Assembly: GCA_034669905.1 (NCBI GenBank) | Contig: JAXMOL010000071.1 | Location: forward strand, 1-30,777 | Origin: Candidatus Hydrogenedentota bacterium | GTDB lineage: Bacteria > Hydrogenedentota > Hydrogenedentia > Hydrogenedentales > JAEUWI01 | Direction: 5' to 3' | DNA: 30,777 bases | In this document: in pieces, positions 16,580-25,343 of the stretch | Layout: every line of letters begins with the position of its first letter | Position numbering within the stretch: position 1 is the stretch's first letter | The notes under the pieces: generated by a model | Databases searched by the model: none | Told to the model about the DNA's origin: nothing | The model's input: the letters and a program-made list of their open reading frames with translations, nothing else | Program-made: the position numbers and the translations under genes

Positions 16580-19498
16580 TCAAGACTCCCCTTTGAGGAA
16601 TGCAATCAGGTCGCGCATCTGCTGCTTGGTCATCACCTTCTCGAGTTCTTCGGGCATCAGCGACAGGCTCGCGGAAGACATGGTGTCGATGTCTTCTCGG
16701 TTTACGGTATTCTCGACGCCCATGGCACCACGGATGGTCACAGTGCTTTCGTTTTCTGCCACCACAATCCCCGAAAAGGTTTCAAAATCTTTCGTCTCCA
16801 CAACAAAGTTTTCGAAGCCAGCCAGCACCTGGCTGTTCGGCTTGATGATATGGAGCAAGATGGATTCCTGGGGCTGGCTCCGGATTCCGGTGAGATCGGG
16901 GCCCACTTCGTAGCCGTCTTCCACAAACTTGTGGCAGCGCGCGCAATTGTTCTTAAAGACTTCCCGACCTGCGACGGGATCGGCGTCGAGGGCGAAAATG
17001 GTCTTATAGTCTTCATAGACCGCGTTGCGATCCGACTTTTCCACCTTGCTGAATATTTCCACCGCTCGGGCCTTCAGCGCCTCATCCTTGTGGTTCATGA
17101 GTTGGCGACGACTTACCGGGTCGATAGACCAGGCCTGAATATAGCCCGCTTCCATACCGTCCAGCAAGACGGCGGTGCGCTCAGGGCGGGCGACCAAGGT
17201 AGCCAGCGCAATGTTTCTGATGGGAGTCGTGTAGAGACCCCACGCCTCTTCGGAGGCGAGAATCGCCGCCACACCGGGGTCGGACATCATGCCCAAGGCC
17301 TGAACCGCCCCATTACGAACCGCCTGGGTCTCCCGGGGATGCAACAAGCTCCCCAGAATTTCACCCCCGTCCGCAAAAGCGCCGTAACCGAGCAAGCGGA
17401 TGGCGTGCAAGCGCAAGGTACCGTCGACTGCACTATCTTTCGCCCAGGCAGTGGATTGGGTAAGGGCCGCAGCAAGGGCCGCAGCACCATCCGGATTACC
17501 CGCAGCCAAGACTTTCAAATGGGCCAATGCAGGCTGGTCACCGTCGTACGCCCGGTTACGACGAACGCCTTCGGCCATGCCTTCGAGGGCGATCATGAGT
17601 AATTCGGGCTGGGAGGCCACCGGTCCAGTGAGCACTGTGGCTAACACACTTCCGGCCACCTCGGCCGACTGGCTCTGAGCCACCATGCGGGTCAGGGGTC
17701 CCACCCAGTCCGCGATGGCCGCGCCTTCTGCGGGGGTCTGGGCGAAGAAGCGGGAGGAAAACTCAGCGAGCTGGCCCTTCAGGCCAGAGAATACGGCCGC
17801 CTGAATCCAGGAGTTGTCCAGCCCCTGGGCCGCCACATGAAGCAAGGGGTCAACAACGTCTGGCGTGCTCAAATCGCCCAGGGACAAGGCGGCGTAGTAA
17901 CGCACCCGCCCATCTTCATCCCCGGCACGGGCCACGGTCGCCTGGCGCAGGGCCTCGGAATCTCCAATCGTGGGACGGGCCAGCCGGATGCCGTGCTCAC
18001 GCACCGCTGCATCGGCGTCGCCCATGGCCTGAAGCATATCGCCTTCTGTCAGGGCGCCAAGGCCCTCCAGGAGGTAGAGGCTGTAGAGACGGGAAAAGGC
18101 CGACGGCGACGTGGTCAGCGACTTGCGCAACGCCTCAACGAGAGCGGGCGTCTTCTCGGTCTCGGTCAACAGAAGGCGCTGGGCCGTTTCCCGCTGCCAG
18201 CTATCCGGTGCACCGAGTTGGGCAATAAGGGATTCGGGGCTGGCGGGGTCCGCCGTGAATACTGGGGCAACTACCTCGCTATCTTTCTTCACCATCCGGT
18301 AAATACGCCCCATGCCCTTGCCCTTACTGAAATCGGTTACCGCGATAACGTCCTTCGGAAGGTACTGGGGGTGCTCGATGGATTTGCGGTACATATCGCA
18401 CATATAGAGGGCACCATCGGGGCCATTGGCCAGGAATACGGGCCGACTCCAGTTGTCCGTGCTCGCCAGGAATTCCACACCCTCTCTCCCACGCCGCCCC
18501 TTATACGCGGGTCCGTTGTCGGAAAGAATCGTGCGGTGCACAATGTTACTCGTGGGATCGCAGGTGAAACCGTTCTGCTGGTAGGCCTCGGGGAGTGCCG
18601 TCCCCCGATAGATGACCAGACCGCAGGCAGCGGTAAAGGTGCCCGCGTGGGAGTAGGCCGTCGTGGTGGCCTCGGAGAGCGCATAAAGGCGGGTTTCACT
18701 GCCGAGCCCCGCAATCTCATCCTCTACCTGGTGGAGTCCCGCATAGGGATTACGCGCCAGGTCGCTTTGTTGCAGGAGAACCTGGGAAATGTGTTTCCGG
18801 TTGGTGCATACAAAGCGGTGGCCATAGTTGTCGAAGGTCTGGCCAAACTGAGCCCGGCCCGCGGTTGCTTCCATGGCGCGTGTGAACGGGTTAAAGCGGA
18901 GATCGCTCGCACCCATTTTGACAGGCGGTGCTTCCGGGCGCTGCGGGTCGGTCACTTCCCCACCGCTCAACCCATTGGTGAAGTAGAGCCAATTATCGAG
19001 GCCCAAAGTCGGGTGGCTCACGTAGAGCTGGGTCGAGCCGCCGAGCTTAAAGCCGGTCAGGAAGTCTTCCCGCACGTCGGCCACGTTGTCACCATCGGTA
19101 TCTTTGAGAAAATATACGGTGGGAGCGCTGGTAACGAGCACCCCGCCTTTCCAGGGCATCACCCCATTGGGAAAGGTAAAGCCATCGGCAAAAATCGTGC
19201 GGGACTCATAGTAACCGTCATTGTCTTTGTCGAGGAGAATCGACACACGCCCCTGGTTGCTATCGTCACTGGGATAGCCCCGGTTTTCCACGACATAGAG
19301 ACGGCCTTCGGTGTCAAAGGCAAGGGCCACCGGATCTTCCACGACGGGCTCGGAGGCGACGAGCTGTATCTCGACATCATCCGGCACGTGCAGGGTGGCG
19401 AGGGCATCCTCAGGAGCTATGGGGTCAACCTGTTCGGCCAACGCAGATGGACAGGCCAACGCGACGACCATCAAAAGAACCAACAAACGCAATTTCAT
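16580..19498 (-). CDS. PVC-type heme-binding CxxCH protein (putative membrane-associated dehydrogenase: beta-propeller + HEAT-like repeats + cytochrome c)
   Basis: Signal peptide; LVASEPVVEDPVALAFD, DTDGDNVAD, GQTFDNYG and GPDGALYMCDMYR...IEHP; C-terminal CARCH (16931-16945), VGPDL and SLMPEELE (axial Met). Confidence 0.9.
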   Translation of the reverse strand: MKLRLLVLLMVVALACPSALAEQVDPIAPEDALATLHVPDDVEIQLVASEPVVEDPVALAFDTEGRLYVVENRGYPSDDSNQGRVSILLDKDNDGYYESRTIFADGFTFPNGVMPWKGGVLVTSAPTVYFLKDTDGDNVADVREDFLTGFKLGGSTQLYVSHPTLGLDNWLYFTNGLSGGEVTDPQRPEAPPVKMGASDLRFNPFTRAMEATAGRAQFGQTFDNYGHRFVCTNRKHISQVLLQQSDLARNPYAGLHQVEDEIAGLGSETRLYALSEATTTAYSHAGTFTAACGLVIYRGTALPEAYQQNGFTCDPTSNIVHRTILSDNGPAYKGRRGREGVEFLASTDNWSRPVFLANGPDGALYMCDMYRKSIEHPQYLPKDVIAVTDFSKGKGMGRIYRMVKKDSEVVAPVFTADPASPESLIAQLGAPDSWQRETAQRLLLTETEKTPALVEALRKSLTTSPSAFSRLYSLYLLEGLGALTEGDMLQAMGDADAAVREHGIRLARPTIGDSEALRQATVARAGDEDGRVRYYAALSLGDLSTPDVVDPLLHVAAQGLDNSWIQAAVFSGLKGQLAEFSSRFFAQTPAEGAAIADWVGPLTRMVAQSQSAEVAGSVLATVLTGPVASQPELLMIALEGMAEGVRRNRAYDGDQPALAHLKVLAAGNPDGAAALAAALTQSTAWAKDSAVDGTLRLHAIRLLGYGAFADGGEILGSLLHPRETQAVRNGAVQALGMMSDPGVAAILASEEAWGLYTTPIRNIALATLVARPERTAVLLDGMEAGYIQAWSIDPVSRRQLMNHKDEALKARAVEIFSKVEKSDRNAVYEDYKTIFALDADPVAGREVFKNNCARCHKFVEDGYEVGPDLTGIRSQPQESILLHIIKPNSQVLAGFENFVVETKDFETFSGIVVAENESTVTIRGAMGVENTVNREDIDTMSSASLSLMPEELEKVMTKQQMRDLIAFLKGES

Positions 19499-19640
19499 TT
19501 TTACAACAACCTCATGGCGAAGCGGTGCCTCGCGGAAAATGGAAACAACTACAACGTGCCCGGTGTAGTCAGATTAAGTGAGCAGCATAGGCAATATACA
19601 CCGAGCTTGTCCACCCGGAGTGCGGCCCTTTCACCCTCTT

Positions 19641-20399
19641 CTACCCCAGTGAACAGCCGTCATGATCTTTCACACCGGCGCTGCTTACTTTCCCCGCGAG
19701 TCGATTCAGGTAGAAGTCCGGGTCTTCTTTCAGTAATTCGCCGCAGCGGGGTGCGCGACAGGTGAAATAGACGCTGCCGTCGGCCGCCACATAGCTCGCT
19801 GAGCGTTGGTAGCGCTCGCCCAGACAGACAGGACATACAATGAGGTCTTTCAGCTCGAGCAGATAGCGCTCGGCATCCCGCTCAAAGACATCGACACAGC
19901 CCCGAGAGCAGAAGTAATACTCTCTGCCCGCGTAGTTGTGAGCCACCGACGTCGTTTTGTGCATCCCCAGCCGTACCAGGGAAGAGAGGCACCCCGGACA
20001 AATCGGTGTGGGAATCACTTTGGGTTCGTGAGCACTCGTAGCTCTAACCGGGATGTTTTCCACGTCCTTTGCCGTATCGGCCAAAGGCGCGTCGGCAGGC
20101 ACATCTTCACCCGTGAGGGCCGCCACCAGCATGGCCCGGGGCGGCACCCCTTCGCCCCCATAGGTGCGGCAGGCGTAGGCGAAGTCCGTGCGCTCGCTGG
20201 CACCCGGTTCGATGTCCACCCAGTTCACCTGGATGCTTGGCGAACCCAGGAAATGCATCGTGCGGGCCTCTTCCGGGCCTCGCACCAGCACTTCCTGTAC
20301 ATCCGCGTCGAGGTTGAGTTCTTTAACCACGTCGTTAACCAGCGCTACCGCGAAGGGGTAGTTGGGGCAGTCTTCCGTGTAGAGGATATCGATATTCAT
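19641..20399 (-). CDS. Fusion of a thioredoxin-like (CPN...GSPS...CRTY) domain and two YHS-like Cys-rich domains
   Basis: N-domain ILYTEDCPNY...FLGSPSIQVN...ACRTY...GVPP. C-region CPGC...YAGREYYFCSRGCVDVF...YL and CPVC...YFTCRAPRC...DPDFYL. ATG 20399 has AAGG upstream; the ORF extends to 20423. Confidence 0.75.
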   Translation of the reverse strand: MNIDILYTEDCPNYPFAVALVNDVVKELNLDADVQEVLVRGPEEARTMHFLGSPSIQVNWVDIEPGASERTDFAYACRTYGGEGVPPRAMLVAALTGEDVPADAPLADTAKDVENIPVRATSAHEPKVIPTPICPGCLSSLVRLGMHKTTSVAHNYAGREYYFCSRGCVDVFERDAERYLLELKDLIVCPVCLGERYQRSASYVAADGSVYFTCRAPRCGELLKEDPDFYLNRLAGKVSSAGVKDHDGCSLG

Positions 20400-20704
20400 G
20401 GTTACGACCTTTATCAAGCTCACGGGCGCGCCCGTCTGAAGTTTCGCGGGTGAGTATACCCGGCGTGGCGGCGCGATGGAAAGCGGGGACTGCCTCGACG
20501 TAGCTCACGACGAATGAAGACGGAAACGTCTTGGCGGAAAAGTTCACCCGCGATTACGGAGGCGTACCGTGACCGTCGGGGCCGTCCCCCTCTTTAGAGA
20601 CCACTGCCACTTTCCAGGGGTACAGCCTCGCCTGTATGCGGTATCTTCACAAAGTCCACGGCATGAGAAGAGCCAATTCGACAGTGCAACTACCGCCGGA
20701 CATC

Positions 20705-21898
20705 CTACGGCGAGGCAGTCCCCGCGTAGGCGCGCACCGCATCAATCAGCATATCCAGCGATTCACGGGACTGGCGCGGGTTGATGGGAAAGGTGACCAC
20801 GGTCTCGGCCATACCTTCGGCGACGGGAAACTGTCCCCGCTTGAAGCCCCTGTTCTGAAAGGCGGTCGACCAATGGAGCGGAATGTAGTGGAAGCCTATC
20901 TGTATCCCCTTTTCGTGGCGCATGGCCGCGATGAAGTCGACCTTTGACATGCCGTAGCGCTGCGCGTCGATTCGCACCGGATAGAGATGGTAGACATGTT
21001 TGTTGCCCGGCAGGGCCGTGGGCAGGGTCAAGCCAGCGACATCTTTCAGGCCTTCGTTCAGATAGGCCGCGTTGTCTATGCGCCGTTGATTGAGGCTATC
21101 GGCTTTCTTCAGTTGCTCGATACCCACTGCTGCCTGAATGTCGGTCATCCGGTGGTTGTACCCCGTGTCGTCAAAGTCCTGCCACCAGAATTTGTCGTCC
21201 ATCGGGAATTTTTCGGGATCCAAGGCGCAATACTTCGTGTTCCCGCCGTGGACCCGCGTGCAGTGGGAGCGGTAGAGGGAAACCCGCTCGAAAATTTCGG
21301 GGTCGTCCGTCACCACCATCCCCCCTTCGCCGAGGGTCGAGATATTCTTCTGCTCGTGAAAACTGAAGCAACCCGTTGTGCCCATGGAGCCCGCCATGCG
21401 CCCGTTACAGGCACCACCGATCGTGTGGCAGGCGTCCTCCACTACGGGGATACCGTGCTTATGGGCGATAGCGAGGATGGCCTCCATATCGGCGCATTGG
21501 CCGTAGAGGTGGACCGGAATGATAGCCTTCGTATTGGGCCTAATCGCAGCTTCCAACTGGGCCGCATCGAGGTTGTAGGTCAGGGGATCGACATCGACAA
21601 AATCAATCTCGGCGCCCAGGGTTGCGGGCGCGGCCGCCGTCGCAATCCAGGTCATGGGCGTCGTGATGACCCGATCCCCGGGTTTGATACCCAGCGCCAC
21701 CATGGACAAGAAAAGCGCGGCAGTACCATTGCTGACACAGCGGGCATACCTGGTGCCGCAGTATTCGGCGAACTGGCGTTCAAATTCCACACAGGCATTA
21801 CCACTCGTCGGGGCGTTTTCGCGGAGCACACGCAGGACCGCCGCCTCTTCCTCGGGGCCATATTGGCTGCCGAACTTGATGGTGAGTTCGTCGTTCAT
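20705..21898 (-). CDS. DegT/DnrJ/EryC1/StrS family PLP-dependent sugar aminotransferase
   Basis: SNGTAAL, IIPVHLYGQ, VEDACH, PLP lysine motif SFHEQKNISTLGEGG, and GYNHRMTDIQAAVG. Confidence 0.93.
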   Translation of the reverse strand: MNDELTIKFGSQYGPEEEAAVLRVLRENAPTSGNACVEFERQFAEYCGTRYARCVSNGTAALFLSMVALGIKPGDRVITTPMTWIATAAAPATLGAEIDFVDVDPLTYNLDAAQLEAAIRPNTKAIIPVHLYGQCADMEAILAIAHKHGIPVVEDACHTIGGACNGRMAGSMGTTGCFSFHEQKNISTLGEGGMVVTDDPEIFERVSLYRSHCTRVHGGNTKYCALDPEKFPMDDKFWWQDFDDTGYNHRMTDIQAAVGIEQLKKADSLNQRRIDNAAYLNEGLKDVAGLTLPTALPGNKHVYHLYPVRIDAQRYGMSKVDFIAAMRHEKGIQIGFHYIPLHWSTAFQNRGFKRGQFPVAEGMAETVVTFPINPRQSRESLDMLIDAVRAYAGTASP

Positions 21899-21985
21899 GG
21901 GATTGCACTCTCTCCCTATCGGGGTTCTATGTCGGGATACCGCGACCGATCCCCCATCACCTCCACGACGATTTCTCCCGGGCCG

Positions 21986-22882
21986 CTATGAGTCCGAGGC
22001 GCCAAAAATCATGTCCAACGCTTCATCCAGCTCGCGCATGGGGGTTTTGAGCACCTCCCGGGCGAGGGCGTTGTTCAGGGACACGTCATCGGGACGGCGG
22101 GCGCGGCCTTCCATGGCATTGGAATTGATGGGCCGCACCAAATCTGTGGAATAGCCGAGTTTGGCGACAATCTGCTTCGCCATGTCGTAGCGGTTCAGGA
22201 CGGTGCTTCCCGATAGATTAATCACGCCCTTAAAATCATTGCAGGCCAACTCCAGCAGGCTCTTGCCGAGGGTAATGACATCCACGGGCGAGCGGACTTC
22301 ATTTTCGGGAATCTGTATTTCCCGTCCTGCCCGGAGATTCTCTTCCATCTTTATCAGGAAGGAGTTTCCCGAGCCCATGACCGGCATACCGAGGACCAGG
22401 GCCACGCGGGCAATGGCCTTGTTCTGCACCCGTTCGTGAATCAACACCTCCGCCGTCACCTTTGTCCGCCCGTAAAAGTTAACGGGATCCACCATATCCG
22501 TTTCTTCGTAGTGCCCCTTCTTGCCATCAAAAACATTATCTGTCGAGCAAAATACGTAGCGTGCCCCATGCTCCTGGGCCAGTCCGGCCAGTCGCGCGGC
22601 CACTTCGGTGTTGACCGCAACGGCCTCGTCCTGGTGCTGCTCGGCGTAATCAATATTGGCGATGGCCGCGATGTGGATTATGGCATCGGGTTTAATTTCC
22701 GCAACTTTTATCGCGGTTGCATCCACATCGGCCAGGTCAAAGGGGTGGTGTGTCACGTTCGAAGGCACGCAGCTCAGGGGACTTCGGCTGCACGCGTGTA
22801 GTTCCAGATCGGCGCGGGCGTAGTTCACGACACTGCCACCCACGAATCCGCTGGCGCCGGTTACAAGAATGCGTTTACTCAT
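21986..22882 (-). CDS. RmlD-like extended SDR (dTDP-4-dehydrorhamnose reductase family)
   Basis: ILVTGASGFVG, STDNVFDG, YGRTK (YxxxK), RSPVDV and RRPDDVSL. Confidence 0.85.
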   Translation of the reverse strand: MSKRILVTGASGFVGGSVVNYARADLELHACSRSPLSCVPSNVTHHPFDLADVDATAIKVAEIKPDAIIHIAAIANIDYAEQHQDEAVAVNTEVAARLAGLAQEHGARYVFCSTDNVFDGKKGHYEETDMVDPVNFYGRTKVTAEVLIHERVQNKAIARVALVLGMPVMGSGNSFLIKMEENLRAGREIQIPENEVRSPVDVITLGKSLLELACNDFKGVINLSGSTVLNRYDMAKQIVAKLGYSTDLVRPINSNAMEGRARRPDDVSLNNALAREVLKTPMRELDEALDMIFGASDS

Positions 22883-22964
22883 GGATTTTCCAATACGTTA
22901 AATCGCGGGGTATCCGCATGTTCCTGTCGGAGTATATCGGAAAGGCCGACCCATTGTGCACACG

Positions 22965-24338
22965 CTATTCTTCGTGGCCCGCCTCCGCGGTTGCTTCCCG
23001 CAGTGCATTACGATTGTGGATATGCTGCACCTGCCAGCAGAGGAAGCCCATAATGACCACAAAGAGCACGGCCACACTCAAGCCCAGGAAATTCACATTC
23101 CGTATCTGATCGTCCGGGGCATAGCCCTCCATGAGATAGGGAATAACCAACTCCTGCACGACGGGACCAATACTGCCGATGCCGTTGACCAGACCCGCCA
23201 CCGCGACAGCGTTCCGTTCACCGGCTACGATAATGGCCGCCACGCCACAGAGGAGGGTATCGGGGCCATAGAGCATGAACCCTACGAGCCCAAAACAGAC
23301 CGCCAGCAGCGCGGGGTTGGAACCAAAGGCCAATACCGTTAGGTAGCCCACCACGATTCCGATACCCATTAGCAGGGTCAGCCGCTCCCAACGCCCCCGG
23401 AAGAATCGGTCCAGGGCGATACCTGCAATGATGGCCCCGGCGAATCCTGCCATGTCGAAGATGGTCGAGTAATAGGAAGCGTCGTCCACCCCCATGCGCA
23501 TGGCCTCGGTCACCCCTTCCTGATTCCCCTGGATGTAGAGGAAGGTAGGCAGCCACGAATCCAGCGCATAACGCAAAAATTTGATGCAAAAATAGGCGAT
23601 ACCCATGAGGGGTACGATGGGATTCGCCACAATCTTCAGGTACTCACGAAAAGTAACGGTCTCTTCCGTGGATGCCTGGACGGCATTGTCTTCATCACTC
23701 TTATCATGGTCGACAATGGGTTCCAGCCCCACGTCTTCGGGCTTGTCCCGCTGCCAGAAATAGATTATCCACCAGACCACGAAGGCCGCCAGCGTGCAGC
23801 CCCAGAAGGCGTAGGGAACGCCGGCAGTGGCCAGCAGATACCCGGCGATACCCTTCACAACAATGTTGCCGACCAGGTAACTGGTGGACCACACGCCCAT
23901 GATGCTGCCCCGCTCGGCCTTGCGCAGCCACTCGGCGATACCGCCTACTGCGCCGGGCCAACCGGCCGCTTGAACCAATCCATTGAAGAACATAAACACG
24001 ACAAAGGTAGACAGGGAATTGGAAAAGCCAAAGATGACATTGATCAGAATGGAAAGCCCGAGACCACCCAGTAGCAGCGAACGGGGACCATACTTTCGGC
24101 CGACGAAGCTGTTCACAAACTGGCCGATCATGTAGGCGATGAGGTAGGCCGTCCAGATGTAGGAAACCCCATGCAGTCCGAAATCGTAACCGCTCCCCTC
24201 TTCAAGCATCAGGGGTTTCGCCGAGCCGAAGACCTTGCGGACGAGATAAAATCCTGCATAAGCCATATAGGTAGCGAAGAGGACCTTAAATCGCCAGAAG
24301 TTGTGTTCTTTGCTCAGGGGTTTCAGGGTGACGGACAC
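22965..24338 (-). CDS. MFS transporter, organophosphate:Pi antiporter (GlpT/UhpC-like) family
   Basis: WRFKVLFATYMAYAGFYLVRK, NGLVQAAGWP, ERGSIMGVWSTS...GN, RDKPEDVGL, KFLRY and YGPD. GTG 24338 is preceded by AGGAG. Confidence 0.88.
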   Translation of the reverse strand: MSVTLKPLSKEHNFWRFKVLFATYMAYAGFYLVRKVFGSAKPLMLEEGSGYDFGLHGVSYIWTAYLIAYMIGQFVNSFVGRKYGPRSLLLGGLGLSILINVIFGFSNSLSTFVVFMFFNGLVQAAGWPGAVGGIAEWLRKAERGSIMGVWSTSYLVGNIVVKGIAGYLLATAGVPYAFWGCTLAAFVVWWIIYFWQRDKPEDVGLEPIVDHDKSDEDNAVQASTEETVTFREYLKIVANPIVPLMGIAYFCIKFLRYALDSWLPTFLYIQGNQEGVTEAMRMGVDDASYYSTIFDMAGFAGAIIAGIALDRFFRGRWERLTLLMGIGIVVGYLTVLAFGSNPALLAVCFGLVGFMLYGPDTLLCGVAAIIVAGERNAVAVAGLVNGIGSIGPVVQELVIPYLMEGYAPDDQIRNVNFLGLSVAVLFVVIMGFLCWQVQHIHNRNALREATAEAGHEE

Positions 24339-24533
24339 AGCAATTCTCCTTGAGGGTCTGGGCACGGAAACGGGAACGACATCTACACATTCCTGACTTA
24401 CACGCACCCGACATGGGGGTACTACCTGGATTAATCCCCGACACGTATCAACTTACGTGAAATACACCGACGGCCTCCCGAGCCCTGCGGAGTCGATATA
24501 GTAGAGAATGGGGGGCCGATCTGCAAGGAAAAA

Positions 24534-25322
24534 CTACCAACGCAACTGTTCAGCCCGTGTGCCATCCAAATTAACCCGCAGAATACTGGGGCGCATCGTG
24601 GCTTCTGCCAACACATGGCCCCCGGGCATCACCGCAATCGAATGGCCCACGCGGACCAGGGCCCCCTCCACCCCACAATGGTCCGAACGAAGGACATAGG
24701 CGCCACAGAGCTTCGCCAACATTTGCATGCGAAGACGCCATTCGTCGATGCACTCATCCACCATGCAGTCGATGTGCTGGGACGTGGCGTAGTGCGTTTT
24801 CGCAAGACCGTAGGAGGGCACCAGAATCAGATCGGGCCGCAGGGCCGCCATGGCCTGTTGGTTGCCCAGGTCAAGCGTGTCAAGGCAGATCAAGATGCCC
24901 ACCCGTCCGAAGGGCGTTTCTACCACCTCGATCGCATCGCCCGGCACGTAGCCGCCTTCGCCATCGCCGGGGCCCAGGGTGCATTTTCGGTGACGATGCA
25001 GTAATTCTCCCTGGGGGGAAAACAGCACCGCGGAATTGTAGATTTGCGCGCCGTCACGCTCTACCGTGCCACTGCACAGATAGACCCCGTGATGGAGGGC
25101 GAGGCGACCCAGGCTATTAGTGTACGCGCCGGGAATGGGCTCGGCCACCGGGCGATAGTCCGCGACGGTGGTGTAGGGCGTGAAGGGTGTTTCCGCCACG
25201 AGCACGAGATCGGCGTCCACCGCAGCCTCGCTGATGAGGGCATCCAGCTGTGCAATCGCCGACCCCTTATCGGGGGGACAGTCAAACTGAATGGTAGCCG
25301 TTCTCAGGGGGTGCTTCAGCAT
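24534..25322 (-). CDS. Carbon-nitrogen hydrolase (nitrilase/amidase superfamily)
   Basis: Glu-Lys-Cys triad in LVLVAETP, HRHRKC and GILICLD, plus IYNSAVLF and GHSIAVMPGG. Confidence 0.88.
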   Translation of the reverse strand: MLKHPLRTATIQFDCPPDKGSAIAQLDALISEAAVDADLVLVAETPFTPYTTVADYRPVAEPIPGAYTNSLGRLALHHGVYLCSGTVERDGAQIYNSAVLFSPQGELLHRHRKCTLGPGDGEGGYVPGDAIEVVETPFGRVGILICLDTLDLGNQQAMAALRPDLILVPSYGLAKTHYATSQHIDCMVDECIDEWRLRMQMLAKLCGAYVLRSDHCGVEGALVRVGHSIAVMPGGHVLAEATMRPSILRVNLDGTRAEQLRW

Positions 25323-25343
25323 GACATCCTCATCCGTCGGATT

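Noticed and set aside
17462..17486. 12-bp tandem repeat AAGGGCCGCAGC x2
   Set aside because: It encodes an Ala/Leu helix inside a CDS; not a CRISPR array or a notable VNTR.
17837..19765. 642-aa plus-strand ORF
   Set aside because: Antisense shadow of the heme protein gene with no motifs; long antisense ORFs are common in GC-rich coding DNA.
20335..20547. 70-aa minus-strand ORF overlapping the start of the thioredoxin/YHS gene
   Set aside because: No RBS or domain, and it overlaps the apparent promoter; no sign of a frameshifted or selenocysteine-extended N-terminus.
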